DNA of 60,527 bases, the filler included, from Catajapyx aquilonaris (taxonomy: Eukaryota), in the NCBI GenBank assembly GCA_000934665.2. It is 4 parts of 4 records of this genome, joined end to end, with 100 filler letters (N's around TTAATTAATTAA, not from the genome) between each part and the next. Parts side by side here need not be neighbours in the genome. Positions count along the whole stretch, not along the records: positions 15,275 to 30,283 come from JYFJ02007621.1; positions 30,384 to 45,402 come from JYFJ02007622.1; 2 more parts are not named here. One strand, 5' to 3'. The notes beneath the pieces are model-generated. The model had not been told where the DNA came from and ran no database searches. It saw only the letters and a list, made by a program, of their open reading frames with translations. This document shows positions 23,646 to 36,083 of the stretch, piece by piece. The number at the start of each line of letters is the position of its first letter. Position 1 is the stretch's first letter. Made by a program: the position numbers and the translations under genes.

Positions 23646-25639
23646 CAGAATGACATGCGCAAGATATTGATCAACTTGGTAGTAGCATGCTGAAGTCCAG
23701 TAAGTGTGCAATACTACCGTACCTCGACGGTTTCATATTGGATACAAATTGCCTTATGTTGTGGAATTAGCTTAGAACAATCTATGAGGTGAAACATTTG
23801 TCCCCCATTCAAGTCAAGAAAACCCGCACCGAAAACCTTCTGGGTGTTTCCCCTTTCCCAATTTGAGTCACTTTGCTATCCACTTGACAGTGAAATTAAA
23901 AGGGTCAAATGTCATCAAGTTGCTGAATCCCCCTTATCTATCACTCATGAAAGTTAACGATCTCCATCAAACGAGAAATGGATGCATGTGCAGAACATCT
24001 CGATTAATTTCTAGATTAGCATGTGTAATTATAAACAATGTGCAGCACAGGTGGGACGGTGATCAGTGCAGTGTGGGTCGCATAGGGATACTCATCCGTC
24101 TCCTTCCTGTTCCAGTGTCAATAACTTGTGATGTGGTCAGCTCTTTCCCCCCTCACCCGGAAGCTTATGCCCCGTGCTTCATCAAAAAAGAACTGGCTTC
24201 CACAGCTTCTAATTGTTCTGCACTGATTCAAGATTAACGACCTTGTTCACTCCGATGGAAATAGAAACCTTTAGTCGTTCCAACCTTGTCCACAAAGCCC
24301 CGGAATTATCAAGGTTATTTCGGCAGTCAAGGCCTTGGTATGTCCAGTATTGAAAATCCTTCCCCTGGTTAACGAGGGCTCAATGCTAAACTCTACAAGA
24401 CCTTCGAGTGAAAGTGGATAGGACTTTTGATTCTTTCAACGGTTCATATTAAAAAACCACCCTGATGCAGAAATAAGAACAAGCAGTTTCTGCAACACTC
24501 GGCTCGAAAATTGCGTGATTAGAAATATCGGTCAATGACATACTAACGTGCCTCGACGGTTTCTTACTGCCTACAAATTGCCTTGTCATGTTGTGCAATC
24601 AGCTTAGAACAATCTACGAGGTGAAATATTTGTCCCCCATTCAAGAGCAGAAAAACCTTTTTGTCAAGATTCGCGGGTGCAGAGATTCAAGCCTTCCGCA
24701 TTTGAATTACCCCTTTCCCATCTCGAGTCGTAGTTACCACTTTGCTGGGACAGGTAGTCGGTCACCAGATTTATTGACTACCGCCTCAAAACCATGGGAG
24801 TGGCTTTGTCACCATTGGAGGAAGACTGTCTTCGTTGTCCATGTGGCCAGATTTTGCTGCTGTTGGCTGCCTGCGTGGCAATAAATTGATTCAAATTGTC
24901 GTTCCCTGCTGCCTCATCTCTTCTTCCCTGTACCCATTTTGTAAAATTCTAGAAGGCAGACACGCTAAAAACCGGCCGTGGTACATCATCATGACGATAG
25001 AGATGACTTTGAACACTCGAGTTGGCATGCTGAAACTCTGAGTGGGACAAGATGTGCTGCCAGGTCTTAATCTACTATAAGATCCTGTAATATAATTACA
25101 ATGACATTCATTCCCACCTCAGCAGCATAGCGGAAGATAAAGAAGAAAAGAGCAACAGAGGCAACGACAAGAGCCCTTCCAAGAGGAAGTTTGATGAGGA
25201 CACGGGGGTGGTAATGCTGGTCAGCCTCCATGAGGCGGACGGAGCGGCTGACCAGGCCCGGGGAGCCGGGACCTCCTGCATGGACGCCGCAGCCTCCAAC
25301 GCGGCCATCCGGGCCCCCTTGCCCGCTTCCTCCCCTGCTGCTGGGCCAAGCGTTGATGGTGGGGACCAGGGCCCCAGACCCAAGAGGCAGAAGGGGCGGA
25401 GCCAGGAAGACACATTGTTCCATCACGGCTGGCGGGCCCCCCTGTCCTCCTTCTCCTCCTCAGCTGCCACCCCGGCGGAAAACAGCCTACAACGTCCGAC
25501 AAGGAGGGAAAAACAGTCACGGAAAGTTGTGGCATATGGCGAAAATATTGCGTACACGGCTCATACGTTGCTATATGGCAGCTATTGCGAACACTTATTC
25601 GTATACATATACACTCATATTGAGCTCCTTTTGATTGAC

Positions 25640-25760
25640 TATACAATCCCAGACTCCAGCAAATACTGAGACTGCCAAGTGCCACTGCGCATCCTTGGGG
25701 GCCAAGCAAATCCCCTCCTGCCGTGGTTGATCATAGGATTCGTCAATCACCAATCAAGCA
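25640..25760 (+). pseudogene. Harbinger DDE_Tnp_4 fragment
   Basis: VPLRILGGQANPLLPWLIIGF resembles ILGD.AYPLLPWLM.P. Confidence 0.6.
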
Positions 25761-26859
25761 CACCAGAAAAACACTCCCCCAGTGTGTGCTTCCGATGGAC
25801 GCCAGCTTGAGTCCACCTCTTGCAGGGAGAATCTAGTATATAAATATATATATTCACACACAGTTTGACGGTAATTATTACGTCTTTTGGGAGTTTTGCC
25901 CGGATGTCGTCGTCGTCGTCTTCTTTTTTTTCTCCATTCATTAAATCCTCAATGGCGGCTTGCAAGGGCCTAGAAGCCCAGTGAATAGCTTCGTCCTCGT
26001 TTTCATCTTTTGCAGACACATCAATTATCGCTTGCCTGTGCCAGTATTAAATTACCCGGGCCAACTGCACTGGAGGTGGTGATGGATGGCAGCCAAGATG
26101 AGGCGGTCATATTCGACGCCAACACAACATCCAGCTAGTTTTCAGCTTCGACTCCCGTCAGTAGCCGTCGTAGGAAGGGGAAGCTGCCCCGGAGGGATGC
26201 CATATAGAGAAGAATAAACCCAATAGCAACAGGGCCGCATCAGTACGGATCATTGTCAAATAGATTCTTTCAGCTTAACAAGTGTCTGTTATACACATAT
26301 TAGCCGGAAAATGATCGCAGGCGGCCTTGATAGGATTTGGTAAAATCAGTAAAAATAATAATATACGAGGTACAGCACTGGACCGAGTCGCGTGCGTATC
26401 AAGACAATCTGATGTATGGGTCACTCAAAGTATGTTAGTCCAAGAGAAGTTGCACAACTTAAGTTCGCTCCTCTCACATCTGTTGCCATCGGCAGATGTT
26501 TCTCTGGCCTGCAATCCTTGAGATGAATAATTGGATAATTTATTAAATGATGTTGAGAGGTTGAAAGCAATGATCCTCAACGAACTCCACACAATGCCGA
26601 CTCGTACGCTTAAAATCAGGCATATCGGAAGCTGAGGTACTAAAGCATATGCGAGGCTCTTTCCAGTGATCGCAGTAAAACCTCGCAGTGGAAAAGTGTG
26701 GCTAGCCTCGGGCGCAGATATTCTGTACGGATTTACACTACATCTCAAGGTAAATGGTGATTATGAGACACTCGTCATAGAGTAACTAACTACGCAACTA
26801 ATACACCACTAATACCATCAAGATGGGATTTTAAGCTGCCGGCAGACTTTAGAGGAACA

Positions 26860-27170
26860 TCGCAGGCGTCTCATATAAACCAGAGCCACTGAGAAAAATA
26901 CACACATGCCCAGCCCTTTGTGGTCGTGCTTGGACCTAGCCTGAAAGAAATTGAGCAATCATATGTTGCTGTGGATGACGTGCACGAATTACCAAGTCCA
27001 AAGAGAGCCCCGGAGGTTTGCTTCAAAGTCATCCACGCAATTCGTGGCATGTACAATGAACAAAGTACTCGACTCTGGGTCTTGCTTGAGGCTGCCATGT
27101 ATGGCGTGCCACTAACTAAGTTCGAAGCTATGCCACCCAGAGCATAAATGATGGCTGAGCAAGTTTAAGG
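26860..27170 (+). pseudogene. EnSpm accessory protein C-terminal fragment (SAMD3-like)
   Basis: AQPFVVVLG...IEQSYVAVDD...APEVCFKVIHAIRGMYNEQSTRLWVLLEAAMYGV. Confidence 0.65.
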
Positions 27171-27259
27171 AAGAGTAATAAGAGAAGTGTTTACTTGCGC
27201 CCTTGTGGTGATACCAAAAAATGCACTTCTCTTTGGCAGACACTGGACACCACTTTCCG

Positions 27260-27430
27260 TACACAACTCAGGTATTTAGGGGCAACGTCTTGTGACTACC
27301 TGGGAACTTATTGCGAGTTGTGGTGCACATGGCATGTCGAAAGAACTTTTCACGGTCATCTTAGGAGCATACTGGACCAACTAAAGAGTGCTCATGTGTA
27401 CAAGTGTCTGAAAGCATCCCAGGGATCACT
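27260..27430 (+). pseudogene. MULE transposase fragment
   Basis: LWCTWHVERTFHGHLRSILDQLKSAHVYKCL (C.WHV motif). Confidence 0.7.
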
Positions 27431-27639
27431 ATAGTCAGATAATTCTGACCAAATGCTGAACACCCATGTGCGGTCAGATGTGGGAGGATCATGGCACTAA
27501 AAATTCCACAATAATTATACACTGTACACTCCCTTGCCCTTTTGGACATGAACATTCAAGATGAGATCCAGGCAGTATCTCGAGTCTTAGTAATTATCAA
27601 GACAATTATTATCCTAGCCACCTTACATACGAAGAGGGT

Positions 27640-28030
27640 CAAAAAGAGGGATGACTCATGTGCAACAAGTCAAAGCTCCCCCAAACTTGTTGACGTATGC
27701 GAATACAACAAATACATGGGGGTGTCGATTATATTGACCTACTTGAGTTATTACCTGCTCGCGAGGAAGACAAAAACAGGTGGAATTTCCAAACCCTGTA
27801 TAGTCCGCCTTCAGTACATTGTCAAGTGACATGGCATTTTAATATGCTTCAGGTTTGGATAGTATCGGTGAAAATAGAGCCACTGTGCGACGATCGTAAA
27901 ATGCGCATTGTACTCAGGGGGATCATAGACATTGCAGTAAGTAACGTTACAATAATAATCCTGTATAAAATATTTGAAACCATGACTACTCGCTGGGACC
28001 TATGCTATGTACTTGTGGAGCCCTGGAAAG
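27640..28030 (+). pseudogene. piggyBac transposase fragment
   Basis: PKLVDVCEYNKYMG/GVDYID..YLSYYLLARKTK and later IIDIAVSNVTIIILYK. Confidence 0.8.
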
Positions 28031-28257
28031 AAGGGTCGGAAATCACACGTCCCCTCCCTCTGAGACTCCAGTCAAATATCATTACCACGTTACAGCAACA
28101 TGGCTCAGTACTTGCCATATTTCACTTTTAGATTTTGGCACATACGTACGGGACAGGGATTTATTCCCTCGCCACTTCACAAGCGACATTGCAGATATTT
28201 GTTGTTGAAGCCCGTGAAATGGCTACAACCACGGCTACAATGGTGACCTGCAGGAAG

Positions 28258-29085
28258 CAGTGCCGGATTTAGGCATGTGCGAAGAGTGCAACTGCACCAG
28301 GGCCCCCACCAAAATGGGGCCCCCACCATGCACAACAGCCAAAATAAAACAAACACCATGCTGCCCATGCAGTGAGAGAGTTTGGTCATATTTTTTCACT
28401 CAAGTATATTCAGTTGACATCACTGTGTCTGCGTTCGAAAACGGTTGACATCACTGTGTCTGCGTTCGAAAACGGCTGCAGCTTCTCTGAAATCACTTAG
28501 AACTTTTGTAGACGCAAAGCGTAACTAACTCTTTCCAGGAGTACGAAAGACTACAGGAGAGGACGAGCTGTCTGGTATATTCCATAGGCACAGACAGAGT
28601 ACGTGAAGCGGAGTGAGCGAAAACGAAATGCGCGTTTAAATGATCAACATTGCAGTTCTTCATTAGATGCGGAAGTGCAAATGTCCGACTCAGACAAGTT
28701 CAGAATAAAGAGTTTCCTTCCCGTGATAGGCCAATTTTCGACGACTTTGGAAAGACGAGGTTCATCATACGAAATATATTCTGTTCCCGATCAGGTCAGA
28801 TGGAGATGAGCTTGTAAAGAGTTGCAGAGTTGACTGGAGACTTACTTGGGCGATGAGATGGCCCAGTTTGCTGAATTTGCCAAATGTTTCAGTGAGAAAG
28901 AAGACGACAGCTTCCTCAGCCGTGGGAACAGTTTTTGCTCCAGTTAATACATGATAAGAATGTTCAATGTACATTTCCAAATGCAGAGATTGCATTAAGA
29001 ATTTACCACACATTAATGGTCACTAACTGCTCTTGTGAACGATCATTTTCTAAATTAAAATTCCTAAAAAAGCAGGCTCAGGACT
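28258..29085 (+). mobile_element. Internally deleted hAT: 5' TIR plus transposase C-terminus
   Basis: TIR cagtgccggatttagg. DKFRIKSFLPVI...LERR and CTFPNAEIALRIYHTLMVTNCSCERSFSKLKFLK. Confidence 0.9.
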
Positions 29086-29319
29086 ACGATGACAACTTTC
29101 CACGATTTGCACAATATGTGAATACCTCACAAGATGCCCCCAAAAAACACATGCAGTAGAAGGTTTGATTCTTGTCGCTGTCTCCCCTCCCCAGTCTCCT
29201 TGTTTCGCATGTAAGGAACCGAATTTCAGCAGACATGAATTCATACCATGCCTTCAAACACCCTTTGCCCCAGCGGTTCTCTTGCCCCTGCAGGGATACT
29301 GCAGAAATTCCAGTGACGA

Positions 29320-30065
29320 ACTTGTGGCGCACTCACATCAACAATGGTGAGAAGAGGACGCAGCAGGACTATACTGCTTATCTATACATCATCTGACACT
29401 TTTCAACATCGAACCTGAATGCTATATCATACACACACTGGACTTTAAATTACGAGTTTTTGATCGCCTTTTAAACAACATTCTAACCCACTGTATCGAA
29501 TCAGACGTAAAGGCCATTGTTCTGGGAACAGAGGGCATTACAGACGTCTGGAAATTAACGACTGTGGCGTTTCCATGTCATTTTCCTCGTGCGGCAAAGA
29601 TAATTGGACATCCATATCAAGTACGGTAGACTTATACAGAGCTTTCACACCAATATGTTCATGAAATTATGAGAGCATCAAGACTTCATGATGAAAAGCC
29701 AAGTTCTGGAGCCTTTGTAAGTTGCAAGACAATTATTATCGAAGCAGAATCATGGTACACGATGTGGCAGGAGCCCAGCCAAGAGCTGCGCTCTGTGGGG
29801 CCAGGTGGAGAAAGTTTCAAACTGCAACAGGCAACTTTGTATTCATCTGCACCCAATCCAGAGACTGGATCGAGTGGGTACAAGGAACGCCATCAAAAAT
29901 ATGCTGCCAAATGATTTCAGAATCAACTTTCTGAACACCAAGACTACATAACTGATTGCTTTGGAATAAGAACGGCGAACTCTACTGCAGCCACGTACTC
30001 ACACTACAAAGGTGGACAGACAGCTAAATACCTCATTGAAATTGCACCAAATGGGTATATCAGAA
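29320..30065 (+). pseudogene. ISL2EU/Harbinger-type (DDE_Tnp_4) transposase fragment, possible THAP remnant upstream
   Basis: MLPNDFRINFLNTKDYITDCFGI...AATYSHYKGGQTAKYLIEIAPNGYI at ~29900-30060. Confidence 0.8.
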
Positions 30066-30283
30066 GACATACGTACTGTACATTGCCGCTAAATATGTGA
30101 CATTCATCATCGCACTTCGACTTGCTATTCTTTAGTTTTTTTTAAATAACGTTATTCCCGCCAGACTACACGACATTTATGTAGGAGGATATTTTCCATT
30201 CTTCCCTGACAAAAATGTCCACAAGACAGCCTATATGGGCAGGGCAGCAGAGGTTTAGAATATATTACAATTGAAACGTGCCC

Positions 30284-30383
30284 NNNNNNNNNNNNNNNNN
30301 NNNNNNNNNNNNNNNNNNNNNNNNNNNTTAATTAATTAANNNNNNNNNNNNNNNNNNNNNNNNNNNNNNNNNNNNNNNNNNNN
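30284..30383. other. Artificial contig spacer
   Basis: 44 N + TTAATTAATTAA + 44 N. Confidence 0.95.
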
Positions 30384-30480
30384 TGGTCAAAGGAACTTGT
30401 AACTGTAACTAGTTACTTTTTTGGACTGAATAACTGTAACTGTAACCAGTTACATTTCAAAAGTAACTTACCCAACTCTG
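30384..30480. mobile_element. Right end of a hAT-Ac-type MITE
   Basis: gtaactgtaact/agttac subterminal repeats ending aagtaacttacccaactctg. Confidence 0.65.
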
Positions 30481-31092
30481 AGCATATGTCCACCGGCACA
30501 GTGTGGAAAATGGTTAGCCCTACTGATAAAATGTGTATTATTGTGTTGAGACTGATAATTAATTGTGCAACCATTTCTTTTAAAACACCATTTTATATAT
30601 TGAGCAATTCCATATGTTTCACCCCACACATCGCACACAATTTTTATCTCTGACACACGATTTAAATGGGAAACCAGAGATTTCAAGTCATGCATTTCAC
30701 AGGGCATTTACTAGACAAGTGCAGCTTTCGAGATGTGAAGGTTCGATGAAAAATAAACATTTGTTAAGGTTTTATAACCCTGTCAACTTTCGTTGCACCC
30801 CGTAACGCGAAATATACAGCAGGAAAAGTGACCTGTGAGTCCATTCACATTCCTGTGACTGGTGTGAGTAAAATAAGCTGTGGTTTTCACAGAAGTGTCG
30901 AATAGGCTTCAGGCTAACTTTCTATGAATGCATTTTGCTCTTATGACCAATGGCCATTACATGACAGTCATCCACAGTCGTTGCACCCCAAACATGAGAA
31001 ACGTTGCACCCCATTACGTGCGAATTTGGACATAGAAAACTGCACAAAATACCACATACACTTCAATAATGGACATGTAATTCATCTGTATA

Positions 31093-31454
31093 CAGGGTGG
31101 TCCAACTTTTTTGTCCGAACAGCTATTGACAAATTCGGCCTAAGCTGCTTATGTTGTAGTGCGTTACCTGGCAACCCTGTCCGGCGGGCCAATTCAAACA
31201 TCAGCCCATGGAGACTGCTTCCATTGTTGCCACTGTTTACAAATTGCGTGAGTGACGCGGACGACCCAGCGACGGATCTCTTCTGCCTGCGCACTCACTC
31301 ATTCGATATGTAAACAGTGGCAACAATGGAAGCGCTATCCATGGGCTGATTGAATTGGCCCGCCGGACGGGGTTGCCAGGTAACGCACTACAACGTAAGC
31401 AGCTTAGGCCGAATTTGTCAATAGCTGTTCGGACAAAAAAGTTGGACCACCCTG
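31093..31454. mobile_element. Tc1/mariner-type palindromic MITE
   Basis: ~150-bp near-perfect arms, ta|cagggtggtccaac...gttggaccaccctg|ta. Confidence 0.95.
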
Positions 31455-31472
31455 TATACAATACATTGAGGT

Positions 31473-32688
31473 CAGAGACGGACAGTATTTAAATACAAAT
31501 GAATTTAAATAATTTTTGGTATTTAGAGATGTTTTTATAACTACATTGGTTCTCCTGTATTTAAATACCGTATTTCAATCCATTTCTGAGTGTTTAAATA
31601 GAGGAATATTTAAATACATATCGTAAATACTTTCCCTAACTCCCTTTTAATTTATATTGGCATAATTCTTAATTAGGAAACCTAATGAAAGAATTGGTAT
31701 AAAAGTAGAAATCCGTTATGTTTTCTTATCTTTATCCAAAGAATGACGGTAAGAAATTAGTCGCACATTAACAAAAAATGGCTTTGAAATGTATTTACAA
31801 AATTATGTAAATACTTTTGATGTATTAAGTATTTAGTACATGTATGTAATTACTTTCTTGTGAAGTACAGGGTGTCCCTAAATGATTGTCAACATTTGAA
31901 AGTTGTTTAATTTCTATTACTTACGGTGTGCAATGACAAGACAGACATAGAACGAAAGAGCACATTTGGGAGTTTTTATTGCACACACTACAAGTACTCA
32001 ATATGAGCACCTTTCGTCACACGACATGATAGTCCAATTCTCTACACAGGCCAGCATATTGTCTGGTGTGATTGATTCCACAGCAGCAACAATCCTACGT
32101 TTCAACTCACACAGGCTGGTAGGTAGCCGTGGTACGAAGACCTGGTCCTTGACATATACCCCCAGAGGAAAAAGTCACATGGGGTGAGGTCGGGAGACCT
32201 TGGCGGCCACTGGAGAAAAACCAGATCATGCTGACCGGCATGTCCGATCCGCCGATCCGTGCCCTTGCAAAGGCATCCCGTCGTCTGAAACTTCTGGAAC
32301 CACCGTTGAATTATTGTAGGGAGGGGCGTAACGTCGTCCGTACTGTCGCCGGAACACCTTCTGAACAGTATAACTACCGAACCAAGCTTTGCAAACTGCA
32401 GGACACGGTACGTTTTCTGTTCAGGAGACACCATTTAGTGGAGTGGCCCTGTGTGCCTCGCTTCATAGTGCGGAACCAACTTTTCTGTGTGCAATAAAAA
32501 CTCCAAAATGTGGTCTTTCGTTCTATGTATGTCTTGTCATTGCACACCCCATCTAATAGAAATTAAGCAACTTTCAAAAGTTGACAATCATTTAGGGACA
32601 CCCTGTATATACCATTTAGCCTTTAATTACATTTTTATGCAGTGTTTAGTATTTAGCATTACATTAAAGAATTTATTGCCCATCACTG
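31473..32688. mobile_element. hAT MITE interrupted by a Tc1/mariner
   Basis: CAG...CTG ends, gtatttaaatac subterminal repeats, 8-bp TSD attgaggt (31465-31472 and 32689-32696). Confidence 0.85.
31868..32605 (-). mobile_element. Internally deleted Tc1/mariner (DUF4817-type transposase)
   Basis: ~115-bp TIRs with TA TSD. N-terminus MVSPEQKTYRVLQFAK...RWFQKFQTTGCLCKG is fused directly to WPPRSPDLTPCDFFLWGY. Confidence 0.95.
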
Positions 32689-33250
32689 ATTGAGGTGCAC
32701 AACATCGCCTAATCCATGCATACACTATATAATATTGCTGTCTAGATGTACATACGATATATTTTCGGCATTATATACCAACTAGCGCACCGTAACCAAA
32801 ATTGGGCAAAACCTGCAATGAGGAAGACAATGGTAATGAAAAAATGGAATGAGAGGGCTCGCAGAGTGACAACTAAGAAATAGCGTATAGCTGGTCGTCG
32901 TAAGACGGGGTTGAAAAATTGAGTGGCATTGAATCAATGGACATACTGTACACTTCCTGAATGGGACATGAGAAAAGTTTCCATAAAACCTCGCGATATA
33001 CAACATTGTGTGTAAACACTCTGTTGTTGGAGAGCAATGTTCCGTGTTGAGCAGTAGGAGTAGTGAACACTTTAACCTGACTTGGGTTGCGAGACCGGGA
33101 CAGTGGCACATGCAGCCGGCCATGATTGTGAGAAGACAGAGGTTCATCCAGGGAAATGCTAACGTGCTCATCTGGCCCTGCGAGTTGTTGATCATCATGG
33201 CATAGGCTGGGATGACATTATGTCAATGAACATAATAAATTATAAGACTT

Positions 33251-33995
33251 TTGGATCCGGATCTAGCAGGCTATGATTAAGGCTAATAATAATAGCTGAT
33301 AATAGCTGATATGGGCATATTTGAGTGACGCAGCAACATGAGGGATGGAGTTGCCCTTTGTGTAGGTGATGCTGTATGGCTTTATGGTACCGCAACAATA
33401 TACTGTCATCTGTTGGGCGAGACGGTGGCGGAGTGGTTAGAGCCACAGCCTTCCACCTCTAAGGTCCCGAGTTCGATCCCTCGATCGGACAGAGTATGCT
33501 TATGTGGATAGAGTTTCGATGGGTTATGTCCGTGTTCGCATGGGTTTTTCTCGGGGTTCTCCTGTTTCCTCCCACAATCAAAATCCATCACAGCGCAGTC
33601 AATGATTAAAGTCGGTCAATTAAAAGGTGATCCCCTAAAAAGCTCAAGGAGGCTTATCAAGGGGTATCCATTATCTCCACTGTCATCTGTTGTGGCCCCG
33701 CCAGGCAGGGTTCGTCGCCCTGCAGGATATTTTCAGGTAATGCGGAGAGGAAGTGGAGCTGGGCGATTATTGTGGGTTTCGTATCCGCAACATTATTTAC
33801 AGTATGTACCTCTTGTGGCGCCGGAGGCCAACGAACATTATTGTGGCTTTGCCAACATTGGAACCCCTGGTGATCCCACCTCTGATATCCCACCAAATAA
33901 GTCACAAGGGTTTACTCTAAGCTATCCGCTGAAAATTATAATAAGTTGCTAGATCCGGATCCAAGATGGCGGCATAGTTAAAAGTGGGGCTACAA
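33251..33995. mobile_element. Repeat with short inverted termini (possibly Helentron/HINE-like), interrupted by a SINE
   Basis: ttggatccggatctagca / tgctagatccggatccaa. The internal segment recurs at 39460-39690 and, reversed, at 45503-45620. Confidence 0.55.
33416..33678 (+). mobile_element. tRNA-derived SINE, family D, with V/Meta-type central domain
   Basis: A and B boxes. tgggtttttctcggggttctcctgtttcctcccaca core. 14-bp TSD actgtcatctgttg. Confidence 0.85.
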
Positions 33996-34044
33996 GTAGC
34001 AGCTTATATGACAGCTTTCTGAATATTCTTAGGCGCAGATGGAA

Positions 34045-34197
34045 TCAGTTGGCGGACCTGTATTGGCGGGAAAGGAAATAGGTGGCGGTTAGGACTTTGA
34101 CGGTCAGGGAAAGTGGCTGTAAGGGCTTATGGCGGTAAGGGAATTGGCGGGAAGGACTTTCGGCGGTAAAGGAAATTGGCGGTAAGGCAGGCAACCT
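34045..34197. repeat. ~17-bp GGCGGTAAGG-type minisatellite, probable transposon subterminal array
   Basis: Repeated ttggcggtaagg/ttggcgggaagg units ending gcaggcaacc. Confidence 0.6.
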
Positions 34198-34389
34198 CAA
34201 ACACTCCATAGAAGTAAAGTCGTCGGTCCCGTGTGCTTGTGACATTGCGCGAGGGCATGTTAATGATCCCCAGAGTGGCAAAATTTCCAGGAGGAGGACC
34301 ACCCCCTGGCGTCGGTGTTGAGCCTAGCGGCAGAAATAGGCCGACGTTAAGCCCACGCTAAAGTAACTCCTTCTCCCGGCCTGATTAAT

Positions 34390-34549
34390 TAGTGCTGTGA
34401 CCAATAGGTGGCACCACACATAGGGGGCCATCTCTCTTTCCGGTGTGACCAAAAGGTGGAGCAGTGTGAGTGCTGTGCCACCTGTTGGTCACGGCCCTAA
34501 TTCATCAGTCCACCAAAGGAGTGCTGCCACCTTTTTGGTCACGGCACTA
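34390..34549. mobile_element. Short palindromic MITE
   Basis: tagtgctgtgaccaataggtggca / tgccacctttttggtcacggcacta, with internal repeats of the same motif. Confidence 0.7.
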
Positions 34550-34622
34550 CTTCTTCAGGCCGACACATCTGGAGCGTTCCAGATGCGAAAAAAATCAGGC
34601 TATTATTATAGGGGGATGTGTA

Positions 34623-34847
34623 CAGAGGAGGACAAGCCAGGTTGAGGTTACGGGCTTCAACCTGGTGCCAGATTAAAATAAATGGTTCTTCATGTGAAAC
34701 TCTCGCTTAGCTAAAATTTACAATTTTAAGTGCTTTACCATAACGTGGAATTAAATACGCACATTTTGATCACTTCGCATGGTTTATCATACGTTAAAAA
34801 GGCGCCAGGATGAAGCCCATAACCTCAACCTGGCTTGTCTGCCTCTG
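34623..34847. mobile_element. MITE with TA flanks
   Basis: ta|cagaggaggacaagccaggttgaggtta ... taacctcaacctggcttgtctgcctctg|ta. Confidence 0.8.
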
Positions 34848-35215
34848 TACCACTCTATTTCATTTAAATGGGAAGCCAGCATATGTTGCACCCCATACCC
34901 GTGCCACGTGAAGTTGCACCCCATAACAACTTTCTTCTCAATACTGCCAGGAAACGGTGGCATGCTATGGCTTCCAATTCACATGAGACTTGCTCACCAT
35001 GTCTAGTCAATGAATATTGAAAACTAGCACCTCTGCCCTAAAACTCAATGGCATAAACTTTTGTATCTATTTCGTTACACCCCACACACCGTGCAGAGTC
35101 CACTTCTGATGCGAAGGTCAACTACTTAATGTCGAATAACTGTCCTTATCCACCATGGATCACGATCATATTATCTTTAACTTGAGCCCCGTACAAAGAG
35201 AAGTGAAGAAATATT

Positions 35216-35536
35216 GGGAGGCGGAGTGGTGCTGCGGTAACGTATGCGCCCACGGATGTTAAGGTCCCGGGTTCGATCCCAACCCGGGGACACCCCCTTC
35301 ATCTCGTGGAGAGTTCAGGGTCACCTCTGGCTTCGTCTCGGGTGGTATTTCCACAGACTAAACCACCCGGGGGAGTTCACTAAAAAGGCCACCACGTCAG
35401 ATGCACTGCACTTGCACATCCCCTCCTGTCATCCTGCCCGTGGGCCCGGGCACTTCTCAATGGCTCCAACTTGTACACTATGTACGATCAAATAATAAAG
35501 GTCTGTGCCGAACGCCGAAAGGTGAAGCACTACCCC

Positions 35537-35593
<57 letters not shown>
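35216..35593 (+). mobile_element. SINE family C, full length
   Basis: tRNA head, long (ATT)n tail, 15-bp TSD aagtgaagaaatatt. Confidence 0.95.
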
Positions 35594-35594
<1 letters not shown>

Positions 35595-36083
35595 AGTGAA
35601 GAAATATTTTTGAAAGGTCCCATTTAAGCCTGTCAAAATTCATGTGATTTCATGCATAACTTCACATTCAGAATGTAACACGTTCAAGTGCGATTAATTT
35701 TACCAGTTCAGGTTCCATGTCAAAATTAATTTCAGATTCTGAAAATTTAGTTCTTTTCGATGCCAGCGATGTATCACTCAATGCCACCACGTAATTTTCA
35801 ATTTTTGTCACAGGTGTACTTTTTCGTGGAATTGCTCTACTGTACTTTCAAAATTTATTTCATTCAGTTGCATTGGAGGTTGGACTAAATAGGGCCTACT
35901 TTATAGACAATAACTTGAAAAGCAACCACAATACACTTCCTTGCTAATTTAACGTTCTACGATAGTGGACCAAAATTATTTCCAGCCACTGCACAACAGC
36001 CTGGAAGGATTCACAAAGTATATTTATGTTCACTCTCATTCGGGGGGAAAAACCAAGGCATTCGCCAAAGTAAAATACCCTGC

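Noticed and set aside
25067..25709. Several overlapping 100-160 aa ORFs as an intact gene
   Set aside because: A GC-rich low-complexity patch keeps many frames open. No domain was recognised apart from the adjacent Harbinger scrap.
28414..28475. Exact 31-bp tandem duplication
   Set aside because: A single slippage or assembly duplication inside a dead hAT, with no evidence of function.
34045..34197. CRISPR-like array (also 40641-40780)
   Set aside because: The units are degenerate tandem repeats without unique spacers, the context is eukaryotic, and there are no cas genes.
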